This document shows, piece by piece, positions 9,723 through 19,580 of a stretch of DNA of 64,000 nucleotides. The stretch covers positions 64,001 to 128,000 of the forward strand of contig CAVTRY010000021.1 of assembly GCA_963737265.1 (NCBI GenBank), in the 5' to 3' direction. Below the pieces are notes generated by a model. That model was not told the origin of the DNA. It made no database searches and was given only the letters and a program-made list of their open reading frames with translations. A program made the translations under genes and the position numbers. This stretch comes from an uncultured delta proteobacterium (lineage in GTDB: Bacteria; Myxococcota_A; Polyangia; Fen-1088). Position 1 is the first letter of the stretch, and each line of letters begins with the position of its first letter.

Positions 9723-11263
9723 GCCCGCCTCCGCAGCTTGAGTATCTTGGCGAATTTTTCCCTATCCGTGGCGCCGAATTCGCGCAGAAACAGCAGCACG
9801 GCCCCGAATGCGATGCCGGAAACAGCCATGGCAGCCAGGCCGGCGATCTTCCCACGGCCGGGCATCACGCGTCCGAGGCCCGTAGCCAGGGCAGCAGCGG
9901 CGCAAACGCGCAAGACCGAGGTCAAGGGTGGCAGGGTGGCGAAGCGGCGCCACAGATAGACGAGCGCCGCCAGCAGCCCGGCCAGCATGCCGAGTGCGGT
10001 GGCGGTGGCGGCTGCCGTGAGCATAGCCGGGCCAGGTGTCGCGCTGGGGACGATGACAAAGGCGAAAGCGGTGCCCACTGCGAGGGTGAGGGCAACGAGT
10101 CCCACGGCGACGTCGGGTCGGCCCGCCGCGGTCACGATGGAGCACGCAATCGACAGCAGGGCCAGCGCGACGATACCGGCGGCGAGGATGGGCAGGGCCG
10201 CCGCGCCGACCCCGTACGCCGCTGGATAGAGAACAGCAAGCAGAGCCGCCGGGCGCGCGCTAAGGACGACGGCGAGGGCAGCGCCGAGGATGAGGGCGTA
10301 GCGTAGCGTCTGGCGCACGTAGGCCGCGGTGGACTCGCGATCCGCCGCAAAGGTCGCGCGCGAGATTAGGGGAAAGATTACGAAGGTCACGACGAGCAGG
10401 GCCTGATAGGGCAGAAGCGCCAGATTACGCACGGCCTCGTAGGCGCCGGCCAGGGCGTCGGCGCGGGCGCCGGGGGCCGCCGCGCCGGCGAACCGGCGGA
10501 GCAAAAGCAAATCGTAGTTGAGGGCCAAGTTGATGAGCAGGGTGTAGAGCACCACGCCGCCCATGAAGGTGACGAGGCGCCGGGCGGGAAATTTTTCTTC
10601 GCCCGAGCGCAGCCCGCCGGCGCGCATTCCAATGGTCCGGCCGGCGACCAGCAAGATGACGAGCGCGGCGGCGATGAAACCGACGAAGGCGCCTGCCACC
10701 GAATTGCCGAGCATGCGCCCCACCACGGCGCCGGCCAACAGCAGGATCGTCTTCGCGGTCGAGAAGCCGACGTCGAAGCTGGCCTGCAGGCGAAACTTGC
10801 GCAGGCCATTGGCGGTGCCCACATAGACCGCGTAGAAGGCGTAGATAAGCGGAATGGCGGCGACGAGGCGGAAGAGCGAGACATGTTCGGGCGCTTTCAC
10901 GAAGCGGGCGATGACAGGCGCGGCTAGCACGAAGCCGCTGGCGACGAGCAACCCCAGCACCGCCTGCATCCTGAGGCCAGCGCGCTGGACGGTCCCTGCG
11001 CGGGCATCATCCTCGGCGCTGAACTTGGACACCGATTGGATGGTTCCCTGCACCATGGTGTTGTTCACGGTGGAGATGGCGTTGTTCACGACGGAAAACG
11101 CGCCGTATTCCGCCGGGCTGATCACGCGGGCGAGGAGCACGCGCTGCAAGAACCCGGCAACCATGAAGAAGGCCTTGGCGAACCCTATGAAAAGCGCGCC
11201 ACGCCCGGCTTCGACGGCTCGGTCGGGGTGGTCGGTGTCGTTGTGACGGTTGCTGTCGCTCAC
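9719..11263 (-). CDS. Oligosaccharide flippase (MOP superfamily)
   Basis: About 14 TM helices; LARVISPAEYG N-terminal motif; start GTG 11263 chosen. Confidence 0.8.
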   Translation of the reverse strand: MSDSNRHNDTDHPDRAVEAGRGALFIGFAKAFFMVAGFLQRVLLARVISPAEYGAFSVVNNAISTVNNTMVQGTIQSVSKFSAEDDARAGTVQRAGLRMQAVLGLLVASGFVLAAPVIARFVKAPEHVSLFRLVAAIPLIYAFYAVYVGTANGLRKFRLQASFDVGFSTAKTILLLAGAVVGRMLGNSVAGAFVGFIAAALVILLVAGRTIGMRAGGLRSGEEKFPARRLVTFMGGVVLYTLLINLALNYDLLLLRRFAGAAAPGARADALAGAYEAVRNLALLPYQALLVVTFVIFPLISRATFAADRESTAAYVRQTLRYALILGAALAVVLSARPAALLAVLYPAAYGVGAAALPILAAGIVALALLSIACSIVTAAGRPDVAVGLVALTLAVGTAFAFVIVPSATPGPAMLTAAATATALGMLAGLLAALVYLWRRFATLPPLTSVLRVCAAAALATGLGRVMPGRGKIAGLAAMAVSGIAFGAVLLFLREFGATDREKFAKILKLRRRA

Positions 11264-11274
11264 GGTGGCGCAGA

Positions 11275-12261
11275 CTACTTCGTCCACGCACCATGCGCGA
11301 GGGCTTCGATGCGCTCGATGACTTCGCCGAGTTGCGCTGCTGGAAGCTCGATGGAGGCTTTCACGCTGGCATCGCGCGCTTCGAGGTGAACGGCTTCGAG
11401 GTAGGGCGAAAGGCCCAAGACCAGCATCTGTGGATGGCGCTTGGCTTGGTTGAGGAAAACCGTCAGCCGGTGGGCCAGGTGGACGGCATCCCCCGTGTTC
11501 GACAGCTCGGCCACAAGCTCGGCGTGCAAGCCGGCATCGGCGTCGGCCAATCCCGACACGCGCATGACCGACGCGGCGTCGGGAAAACGGTCTTGCTGGA
11601 CGATGTCGCGGCGAACTCTTGCGGGAACGACGGCGGCAAACCAGAAGCCGTGGCCGCCGGCGGTGCGCTCGCACAGGCGTCGCAGCTCCGGATTGTCCGC
11701 CACGCTTTGGGTCAGCTTGGAGGCCGTGGCCAGGCTCGCCATGGCTTGGATCCAAGCGCCGTTGCCGACGACGAGCCGATGATGGTCGCGCACCAACGCC
11801 ACCGCGGATTGGCCTATCTGTTTGCGCAGCCAAGTGGTCACGGGCGCATCGTCTAGCCCATCCCCATCGGCGATGACGGCAAATCGGTTGTCCGCCTGCC
11901 GCTCGCCGGGCAGAGCGACGAGCACATGGTGCAGGCGCTCCGTCAGGTTCAGGCCCGAACCGCCCAGGACGGCGCCAAGCCGGGGGCTCGTGTCCCTGAC
12001 CAGGGCAGAGAGGATCGTCTTCCACACGGCCTCGGCGCGCAGACGATCGAGGTCGAGCGAGAGAAGTATTCGGGCGTCGGGAGGAACCAGATTGAGCGCC
12101 GGGATCTCGCGACGAACAGACGCGGTTTCCCCCGCAAGCTCGCTCGGCGAACGGCGACAGCCCGGCGCCCACGACACCAGCACGACCGTGGCGACGATGG
12201 AGGCGCGGGCGAAGCGATGAGATCTTTTTGGCAAGTGGAAACTCGAAACGAAATCGAGCAA
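11275..12261 (-). CDS. Hypothetical lipoprotein
   Basis: Lipobox-like WAPGC followed by LNLVPPDA..LSLDLDRLR; start uncertain. Confidence 0.6.
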   Translation of the reverse strand: MLDFVSSFHLPKRSHRFARASIVATVVLVSWAPGCRRSPSELAGETASVRREIPALNLVPPDARILLSLDLDRLRAEAVWKTILSALVRDTSPRLGAVLGGSGLNLTERLHHVLVALPGERQADNRFAVIADGDGLDDAPVTTWLRKQIGQSAVALVRDHHRLVVGNGAWIQAMASLATASKLTQSVADNPELRRLCERTAGGHGFWFAAVVPARVRRDIVQQDRFPDAASVMRVSGLADADAGLHAELVAELSNTGDAVHLAHRLTVFLNQAKRHPQMLVLGLSPYLEAVHLEARDASVKASIELPAAQLGEVIERIEALAHGAWTK

Positions 12262-12277
12262 TGTTATCCCCAACGCA

Positions 12278-12940
12278 ATGGCTTGGTCACGGATGAGCTT
12301 CAAAGGGCAGACGGTGTGGGTGAACTTGGACGACGGCGGCCGGCCCGTCTTGGACAAGGACGGCCGGGCCGAGATGAAGTACCGCGAGGACGATACGCGC
12401 ATCTACCGGCCGTCGCCGCAGAACCTTGTGCCCGCGAGCGGCGCGCCGGCGGAAGCCGCCAAGCGTCCCGGCAAGGCTCGCCCGGCAAAAGCGGCGCACG
12501 TTGGAGCGCTGGGCAGCAGCCTGGGAACGATCCAAGTTTGGACCGACGGCGCGTGCTCGGGCAATCCCGGTCCCATGGGCATCGGCGTCGTGGTGATCGC
12601 CGGCGACAAGCGCAAGGAGCATGGCGAATACCTTGGCCGGGGCACGAACAATATAGCCGAGCTGACCGCGATCCAACGTGGGCTGGAGATCGCGCGCGAG
12701 CTGGCGCCGGACACCGGCCGGCCGATTTCCGTCTACAGCGATTCGGCCTACGCCATCGGTCTGCTGTCGCAGGGTTGGAAGGCCAAGGCAAATCAGGAGC
12801 TGGTGGCCGAGCTGCGCCAGTTTTTGCGGGGCTATCCGAGTTTGCGCTGGGTGAAGGTGGATGGGCACGCGGGTGTGCCCGAAAACGAGCGTTGCGACCT
12901 GCTTGCCCGCCAAGCCGTCGCGCAAAACCGCATGCGGTGA
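12278..12940 (+). CDS. rnhA: Ribonuclease HI with extra N-terminal domain
   Basis: WTDGACSGNPG, TNNIAEL, YSDS, KVDGHAG and NERCD motifs. Confidence 0.92.
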   Translation: MAWSRMSFKGQTVWVNLDDGGRPVLDKDGRAEMKYREDDTRIYRPSPQNLVPASGAPAEAAKRPGKARPAKAAHVGALGSSLGTIQVWTDGACSGNPGPMGIGVVVIAGDKRKEHGEYLGRGTNNIAELTAIQRGLEIARELAPDTGRPISVYSDSAYAIGLLSQGWKAKANQELVAELRQFLRGYPSLRWVKVDGHAGVPENERCDLLARQAVAQNRMR

Positions 12941-12966
12941 ATCGCGGATCCTCGGGTGCGGTGCCG

Positions 12967-14352
12967 CTATTGTCCGCGCAGCTGGTCGATACGTCTTTCG
13001 ATGATGGCGCGATCGTTCGCCTTGGGCGAGGCCTTGAGGTAGAGCTTGAGCTGCTTAACCGCCTCGTCTGAATTGCCCAATTGAGCGTACGCCAGGCCGA
13101 GACCGCGGTGACCGGCAGGATCCCTTGGGTTCAATTTGAGCGCTTCGCCGAAGTCGGCGATGGCGCCGGCGGTGTTGCCCTGAAATAGCCTGGTGTTGCC
13201 GCGCTGATAGGCTTCGTTGGCGCGGCGGTAGGCATCTTCGGTCGGTTTGCCCGGCGACGATGGTTTCGCTTCGGCATGGGCGGATGCCGGTTCGACGGCT
13301 TCTCCTTTGGGCTTTTCCGCCGCTGCTGGCTTGGCCGCGCGAGCGGGCTTGGTGGCCGCCGCCGATCTCTCCCTGGGAGCCGGTTTGGTCGCCGGCGCCG
13401 CTGGCTCAGCACTGGAAGCCGGCTCGCCGGGCGGCACGAATGGTGCGAGCGGCGCGGGTTTCTCGGCCGGCGGTGGTGCCTCGGTCACCGGCCGTTCTTT
13501 GCCGCGCAGGACAAACACAGCGATGGCAATCAGGGCCACCACGGCGACGGCGACGATGACGATGATCTTGGTCTTGTTTCCCGAGCCCGCGGGCCGGTTG
13601 AAATCGTCCTCGGCGTCGTCTTCAGCGCGCACCGCTCGCCGCCCCTTGGGAGCTTTCTTGGGCGAGGACTTCGTTCTCGCTCTCGTGGGCGTCGGGCGGT
13701 AGCGCGAATCGTCTTCGTCAGCCGAGGTCTCGGGCTCGTCCACGGCGGCAGCGGAACCGGCGTTGGCATCGCCCGACTGCGAGGCAATCCGTTCGATGTT
13801 CGACAGCGACGGGCCGACCGGAGGCCCCGGCTCGAACATCACCGTGGCTGCGAAGCGAGCCGGAGCCGGCGCTGGTTGGGACGTAGGCGCGCCGAAGGAT
13901 TCGTCGACATTGACGCCGATGTCGGGACCACCTCCGGGAGCGCCGACCGGCGCCGCAGCCGGTTGCTCCGATTGCTGTCGGATAGCGGGTTGGGGGGCTG
14001 CCTCTTGGCGAAGAGTGTTGGGCGCGCTCGATTGGCCGCCGACGGTTTGATCGATTTTTGGGGCTGACTGAGGCGCTGGCTCGGCAACAGGCTTGGCGAC
14101 GGCGCCAGGCATGGGGGCGCCCATTCCCCACAAGATGGTCTTTGCCCCACCGGCCGGCCTGGGCGCCGGAGCGGGCGGGACAGGATGGGCGGGGGCCGCA
14201 GGCTCCGAGAATGGAACCGGAGAGCCGGGCGGCAGGGTCCCGCTCGCAAGCGGCTTGCCGCAGTAAGGGCACCTGCTATTGGGATCGTTCTTTCCCGACC
14301 AGTGCTGGGGCAACGACAAGCGGCAGTTGGGACACTTGACGGGTAGGGTCAT
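12967..14352 (-). CDS. Zinc-ribbon / Pro-rich / single-TM / C-terminal TPR protein
   Basis: CPNC...CPYC, one TM helix (IIVIVAVAVVALIAIAVFVL), TPR motifs at the C-terminus. Confidence 0.75.
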   Translation of the reverse strand: MTLPVKCPNCRLSLPQHWSGKNDPNSRCPYCGKPLASGTLPPGSPVPFSEPAAPAHPVPPAPAPRPAGGAKTILWGMGAPMPGAVAKPVAEPAPQSAPKIDQTVGGQSSAPNTLRQEAAPQPAIRQQSEQPAAAPVGAPGGGPDIGVNVDESFGAPTSQPAPAPARFAATVMFEPGPPVGPSLSNIERIASQSGDANAGSAAAVDEPETSADEDDSRYRPTPTRARTKSSPKKAPKGRRAVRAEDDAEDDFNRPAGSGNKTKIIVIVAVAVVALIAIAVFVLRGKERPVTEAPPPAEKPAPLAPFVPPGEPASSAEPAAPATKPAPRERSAAATKPARAAKPAAAEKPKGEAVEPASAHAEAKPSSPGKPTEDAYRRANEAYQRGNTRLFQGNTAGAIADFGEALKLNPRDPAGHRGLGLAYAQLGNSDEAVKQLKLYLKASPKANDRAIIERRIDQLRGQ

Positions 14353-15267
14353 AGCGGCCTCGCGAATGGCGAGGTAGGTGCGGCGGGAGCCGCAGGCGCC
14401 GTCGGATAGTCAGGTGCGCTGGGCGTGGCAGGGGCCGCAGGCGCAGTGGGATAGGCAGGGGCCGCAGGCGCAGTCGGATAGTCAGGAACAGCAGGCGCAG
14501 TCGGATAGTCAGGCGTGGGAGCCGCAGGCGCGGTCGGATAGGCAGGCGCGGTAGCCGGCGTCGGCGCCGCGGGGTACGGGGGTGGCTGCGCAGGCGAGTA
14601 GGCCGCAGCGGCAGCCGGACGCGCCGATGGCGGCAACGTTCCGGGCGCGGACGGCGGCAGAGGCGGCGGCGTGGTTGGGGTTGGCGCGACAGCGGCCGGT
14701 GCGGCGGGACTGGGGAAACCCGGAATTCCCACGGCATCGCCGATCAATTTGTCGAGAGCGACGCTCGCGATTGGACCGACGAAGATTCTCGTCGGCACGC
14801 CCAACGACGCCCGGCTTCTCGGCGTCGAAAAGAACGATCTCGAGCTTGGCCGCGTTTTTCTTTTTTTTCTTGCCCTTGCCGGCGTTATCGACCTGGGCCC
14901 ACAGCATGCGGTCTGCCTCGATGAGCTTTGCAATCTTCAGGTAGCATGCGTCGGTAGGTTCCGCGCACTCGGACTGGAGTTGCGCCGTCTCCATGCTGGT
15001 CGATGCCATGATGGCGTCATCCGCGCCGGGTAGCTTTACCCTGGACAGTTTGGTGTTGAGCTCCTCGGCTGTTCCGGGCAACGCCAGCTTGTCGAGCGGC
15101 AGGACCACGAGTCTGGCTTTCTTGGGCGGCGGCGGCGGCGGCGGAAGCGGAGGGGCGGGCCTCATCGCCACCGGCGCCGGTGCCGGCCTCGGGTGCGCGC
15201 AGCCCGCCGCGGCTGTGATCAGGGCCAAGGCTGCGACCAGGACACGAGGGAAAAGTGAGTGGACCAT
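14349..15267 (-). CDS. Lipoprotein with Pro/Ala/Tyr tandem-repeat tail, split by a frameshift near 14787
   Basis: Lipobox AAAGC; ORFs 14509-15267 and 14349-14933 join if one base in GAGAATC is removed. Confidence 0.6.
14385..14580 (-). repeat. Degenerate tandem repeats encoding (D/A)YPTAPAAP
   Basis: Repeated GCAGGCGCAGTCGGATAG-like units on the + strand. Confidence 0.75.
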
Positions 15268-15476
15268 CGCATGTCATTTATACCTCATCGCGGAAAAGCG
15301 GGAATGAGGATGCGAACAACAATGTTGGTTCCATCGGACAGCGCGTCGACCGGGGCGGAGTCCCAGGACGTCGCATGAAGGCGGCCGACTGGGTGGGTCG
15401 ACATCCCCGCCGGGGACGGCGAGCTATCCGGTGCTGTGGCAGGCCAAATCGCAAGCGCTTGGAAAAAAAAGAATGA

Positions 15477-15511
15477 CTGAAGAACTGTCCAAAAATTGGA
15501 CAGTTCTTCAG
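15477..15511. repeat. Perfect 16-bp inverted repeat
   Basis: CTGAAGAACTGTCCAA-aaa-TTGGACAGTTCTTCAG. Confidence 0.85.
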
Positions 15512-15601
15512 CAGCCGAGCCAAGGGCTCGACCGCAGGTGGGGTGAAGTCCGCGAATTTACTTCGCGGACGAGGGGAGGGCAGCGGCAAGGGCAGCGGCC
15601 C

Positions 15602-15790
15602 CAGGGCCAACGCATCTAAATTGTAAGTGATCTTGCGGAGATGCCGATAGTTATGCCGGTCTCCGCGCCCGTGCGCGCTGCCGAACCTGCCTGCACACCG
15701 GCGCGCGCACCGACCCCAGGGGAAAACCTTCCAGAAATGGCCGAGACTCTGATGGATCCTGCGTCGATGTAGGATGATGCGATGGCCCTG
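15602..15790. mobile_element. 189-bp MITE with ISAs1-type ends, copy 1
   Basis: Ends CAGGGCCAACGCATC / GATGCGATGGCCCTG; 10-bp target duplication GCAGCGGCCC; appears identical to 50973-51161. Confidence 0.92.
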
Positions 15791-15815
15791 GCAGCGGCCC
15801 TCCCTTCAAAAATCT

Positions 15816-15847
15816 TCAAGACGGGTCCATTTATGGACACGTCTTGA
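15816..15847. repeat. Near-perfect palindrome directly upstream of ATG 15849
   Basis: TCAAGACGgGTCCAT-tt-ATGGACaCGTCTTGA. Confidence 0.8.
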
Positions 15848-15848
15848 G

Positions 15849-16503
15849 ATGACGAGCTGGCCAGCCTCTTGCTTTCTCGCGCTGTCGTTGTCGTGGGCTA
15901 CCTCCTGCAATCATGCCATGGGGCAGTCATCACCCGAGCGAGCCAGCAGCCGGGTGGACAGCGGCGCGGCAGATCTCCGAAATGGTTCGGGGGACTGCGA
16001 ATGTCCGAAAGGGATGGCGTACATCACGGGCGGCTTGTCCTCGAAGTACCTCAGCAAACCACACGCTCTGCGCAGCCGGCTGCGCAACCTATACCCTGGC
16101 ATTCGTCGCGGGCACAGGCGCCTGGACAGCAGGCTCCGGCGTGGTTCACTGGTTTTCTCCGCTGACCAATCTGGTTGGTTCGACTCTCACCTATTCCATG
16201 GCCGTCGACAATCCAGGCGTGCCCCTTCAGGTCCAGTCCTTCGCAATTGGCGATGCGAGCACGAGCTCGGCCTGGAGCCAACCGGCGCAGCTACTGGGTA
16301 CGGATTTGGTGCCCTACGGCGGCGCGAATGGGCTTAAGGACTTCAGTCTGGAAATTGCCGATCACGCTATTCCCGGCCAGGGCACCTTCTGCGCGTCGGC
16401 CGCCGCGGGTATTGGCATGTATTTGGAAAGCGCGGACGCCATCACCACCTCGAACGCAGGAACCGTGACGGTGTACATCGGCAAAGTCTCGATTGGGCCG
16501 TAG
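15849..16503 (+). pseudogene. Putative secreted lipoprotein with beta-rich domain, frameshifted near 16050
   Basis: Signal/lipobox WATSC in one frame; protein-like beta-strand sequence continues in ORF 15913-16503. Confidence 0.45.
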
Positions 16504-16729
16504 GGCAGCCCTTTCAAGGTGTTGAGAAGCCCGCCACTAAACCGGGATTTGCTTCCCGGCGGCCGGGCAGCGGCCGCATCGCCTCGCCCCGCGGTCACGC
16601 GGGCGAGGGCGTGGCGAAGCCGCGGGGGCAGGGGTAGGGCGTGAAGGACCCGAAACGCTATCCCGATGTCAACTGGGCGCGGCTAGAAATTCAGCGACGA
16701 CAACGAGACTGGCACCTGGTGCTGGCGTC

Positions 16730-16905
16730 GCCAGCCTCGATAGCGCCATCGCACGTATTTGCGAGATGGGCTGCACGATGGTTCTCTGTCCTGGCGATTT
16801 ACTCGACGGCGTGGAGCCGTTCAGCGAGGAGGCAGTCCAGCGGATGAAAGCCAAGAACGTGGTCACAATTCTGGGCAATCACGAGCGCTGGGTGCATAGC
16901 CAAAT
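16730..16905 (+). pseudogene. Calcineurin-like metallophosphoesterase remnant
   Basis: GDLLDG and GNHE motifs present; N-terminal DxH motif and C-terminal half missing. Confidence 0.6.
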
Positions 16906-17262
16906 CGAAGGGGGTAATTCGGGTCCGAGAACCCGTGCCTCCCTGCGCCATCGCGCTACGCGCCTGAAATGCCCAGCGGGGCCGTGATTCGCGTGGCGAA
17001 AGGCCAATTTGGACCACGGGGCGCAGTCTAGCCATTGCGTTCCGGCCGAGGCCGCCTTGAGAGTTCGGGCCAAGAAATATGCTTTGAGGTGTTCTTGGTC
17101 CTGCCTTGTCGTCGGCGAACGCGGGTGCGGCGGGCGAGGGAACGAAGCCGCTGCGTGAAGTGACTGCGCTTTTGGGCGGCGCGTCGCCGGCCATCGAAAA
17201 GGGCGACGACACTGTCAAGTGTGAACCTCCCCGCTCGTGTGATATACGCTGCCTCTCTAACC

Positions 17263-17925
17263 ATGGCCGCCGCAGCGTTCTATGATTTGGACGGCACCCT
17301 CTGTCGCACGAATCTGGTCCACGCGTTCGCGTACAACGCACGCAACCAGCAGGGGATCCTGCGCAGTCTCACCCGCACGTTGTCGACCGCCGCGGGGATT
17401 CCCGCCTTCATGGCCGCGGACTTTTTCGACCGCAGGCTTTTCAACGACATCTTCTTTCGCCGCTATCGTGGTGAGTCGGAAGATCGGTTGCGCTACCTCG
17501 CCGAGGAGCTGTTCGACGAGGTCATCAAGCCGGCGATCTTTCCCGGCGCGTACCAGCTCATCGCCAAGTCGCGCGAGCTCGGGCTGCGCCAGGTCCTGGT
17601 GACGGGCGCGCTCGACCTAACCGCGCTTCCGCTGCGGCGCCACCTCGGTTTCGACGACATGGTGACCAACCATCTGGAGTTCGTCGACGGCAAGGCGACC
17701 GGTCGCCTGTTGCCGCCGGTGATGGCGGCCGCCACCAAGGCGAACTGGATCCGCATCTACGCCGAAAAAGAGGGGCTGAATCTCTCCGAATGCTATAGCT
17801 ACTCGGACAGCATGAGCGACCTGCCCATGCTCTCCGTCGTCGGCCACCCCACGGTGGTGAACCCCGACTTCCGCCTCAAAAACACGGCCCTGCAACACGA
17901 TTGGCCGATTCTCGACCTGCGATAG
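17263..17925 (+). CDS. HAD-IB family phosphatase (ElbB-like, ether-lipid operon)
   Basis: FYDLDGTL, LVTGA and YSDSMSDLPML motifs; first gene of the operon. Confidence 0.88.
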   Translation: MAAAAFYDLDGTLCRTNLVHAFAYNARNQQGILRSLTRTLSTAAGIPAFMAADFFDRRLFNDIFFRRYRGESEDRLRYLAEELFDEVIKPAIFPGAYQLIAKSRELGLRQVLVTGALDLTALPLRRHLGFDDMVTNHLEFVDGKATGRLLPPVMAAATKANWIRIYAEKEGLNLSECYSYSDSMSDLPMLSVVGHPTVVNPDFRLKNTALQHDWPILDLR

Positions 17926-17938
17926 CGAAAACAAAAAG

Positions 17939-19564
17939 ATGACCAAGCGCGAACCCAAGGCTCTGCGGGGACCGACACCCCGTCACAAGGAAGGCGACGA
18001 GGTCGTCTACATCGACAGCGACTCGGCGCCGCGACTGATTTTTTCGGGCGTGGACGTGCTGTGCGAAGACCTGCCCATCGGCACGCGCGTGGTGTACGGC
18101 AAGGCGCCCATCGAGGGGCTCAACAATCCCGGCGCCGCCGTTCGCTACGCCATCAACCATCCCCTCGACGCCGATCCGCTCTACGCCCAGCTTGCGCCCG
18201 GCATGCGCGTGACCATCGCCATCGACGATATCAGCCTGCCCCTGCCGCCCATGCGCACGCCGGACATCCGCCAGACGATCATCGAGATCTTGCTCGAGCT
18301 GCTCGACGCCAACGGCGTCGACGACATTCATCTCGTCATCGCCAATTCGCTGCACCGGCGCCTGACCGAGGCCGAGATGAAGCGCATGGTGGGCAAGAAG
18401 ATCCACGACGCTTTCTACCCGGACAGGTACTACAACCACGACGCCGAGGATGCCGACGGCATCGTTCATCTCGGCAAGACCGCGCTCGGCGAGGTGGTCA
18501 ACATCAACCGCCGCGCGGTCGAGAGCGACCTCGTCATCTACGTAAACATCAATCTCGTGCCCATGGACGGCGGGCACAAGTCGGTGGCGGTGGGGCTGTG
18601 CGACTACGAAAGCCTGCGCGTGCATCACGATCCCGAGACCATCCTCGGCTGCGATAGCTACATGGATCCGCCGCGCTCGCTGATGAACACCAAGATCGAA
18701 CGCCAGGGCGCCCTGGTCGACCAGCACATGAAGGTGTTCCACATCGAAACCGCGCTCAACAACCGCATGTTCGGCGGCGCTACCGACTTCCTCGGCCGGA
18801 ACGAGGACGAGTTTTCGGAAATCGACCGCCTGAAGTACGAGGCCCTGCGCTTCACCCTATCGAAACTGCCGATCGCCGCCAAGCGGAAGATTTTTCAAGC
18901 CATCCCGGCGGAATACGAGCTGGTGGCCTGCTACGCGGGCAAGACCGAACCGGTGCACCAGCGCATTCTGGCCAAGCTCAACGACCAGTACATGGTCAGC
19001 CTCAAGGGTCAAAGCGACATCGTCATTTTTCCGGTGCCGTACATTTCCCCCTACAACGTCAATTCGATCCTGAATCCCATCTTGGTGCAGGTGATGGGCA
19101 TGGGCTATTTCCACAATTTCTATCGCGGCAAGCCCGTGGTGCGAAAGGGTGGGGCGGTGATTTTGTGTCACCCTTGCCACGACGAATTCGATCACAAGTT
19201 CCACCCAAGCTACATCGAGTTCTTCAATCGCCTGCTGCCCGAAACGCGCGACGCGAACAAGCTGCGACACAAGTACGAAGAAGAATTCGCGCGCAACCCG
19301 AGCTACATCGAGATGTACCGGCGCGGAAACGCCTACCACGGCGCGCATCCCTTCTTCATGTGGTACTGGGGCGAGAACGGCCGTCAGCACGCGGGTAAGG
19401 TCATCGTCGCCGGCGCCCAGAACGCCCACGTGCCCGCGCGCATGGGCTGGGAGCGCACCGATTCGCTCACCGAGGCAATTTCGGTTGCGCGCAGCTTCGT
19501 CGGCCCGTCGGCGTCCATCACCTTGATGAAGTGGCCCCCGATTTTGATGGCGGATGTCGAGTAG
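17939..19564 (+). CDS. Lactate racemase (LarA/DUF2088)-domain protein (ElbC-like)
   Basis: IAIDDISLP, IANSLHRR, NHDAED and DGGHKS resemble LarA N-terminal motifs; operon position. Confidence 0.75.
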   Translation: MTKREPKALRGPTPRHKEGDEVVYIDSDSAPRLIFSGVDVLCEDLPIGTRVVYGKAPIEGLNNPGAAVRYAINHPLDADPLYAQLAPGMRVTIAIDDISLPLPPMRTPDIRQTIIEILLELLDANGVDDIHLVIANSLHRRLTEAEMKRMVGKKIHDAFYPDRYYNHDAEDADGIVHLGKTALGEVVNINRRAVESDLVIYVNINLVPMDGGHKSVAVGLCDYESLRVHHDPETILGCDSYMDPPRSLMNTKIERQGALVDQHMKVFHIETALNNRMFGGATDFLGRNEDEFSEIDRLKYEALRFTLSKLPIAAKRKIFQAIPAEYELVACYAGKTEPVHQRILAKLNDQYMVSLKGQSDIVIFPVPYISPYNVNSILNPILVQVMGMGYFHNFYRGKPVVRKGGAVILCHPCHDEFDHKFHPSYIEFFNRLLPETRDANKLRHKYEEEFARNPSYIEMYRRGNAYHGAHPFFMWYWGENGRQHAGKVIVAGAQNAHVPARMGWERTDSLTEAISVARSFVGPSASITLMKWPPILMADVE

Positions 19565-19580
19565 GCACGGCGGGCAAGCC

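Noticed and set aside
9719-12172. 817-aa ORF and other long overlapping ORFs (8361-9959, 19518-21392, 42895-44934, 5' extension of 59127-61463)
   Set aside because: Shadow or extended frames typical of high-GC DNA; they overlap well-supported genes
15477-15847. Palindromes as integron attC sites
   Set aside because: No RYYYAAC/GTTRRRY core ends and no integron integrase nearby
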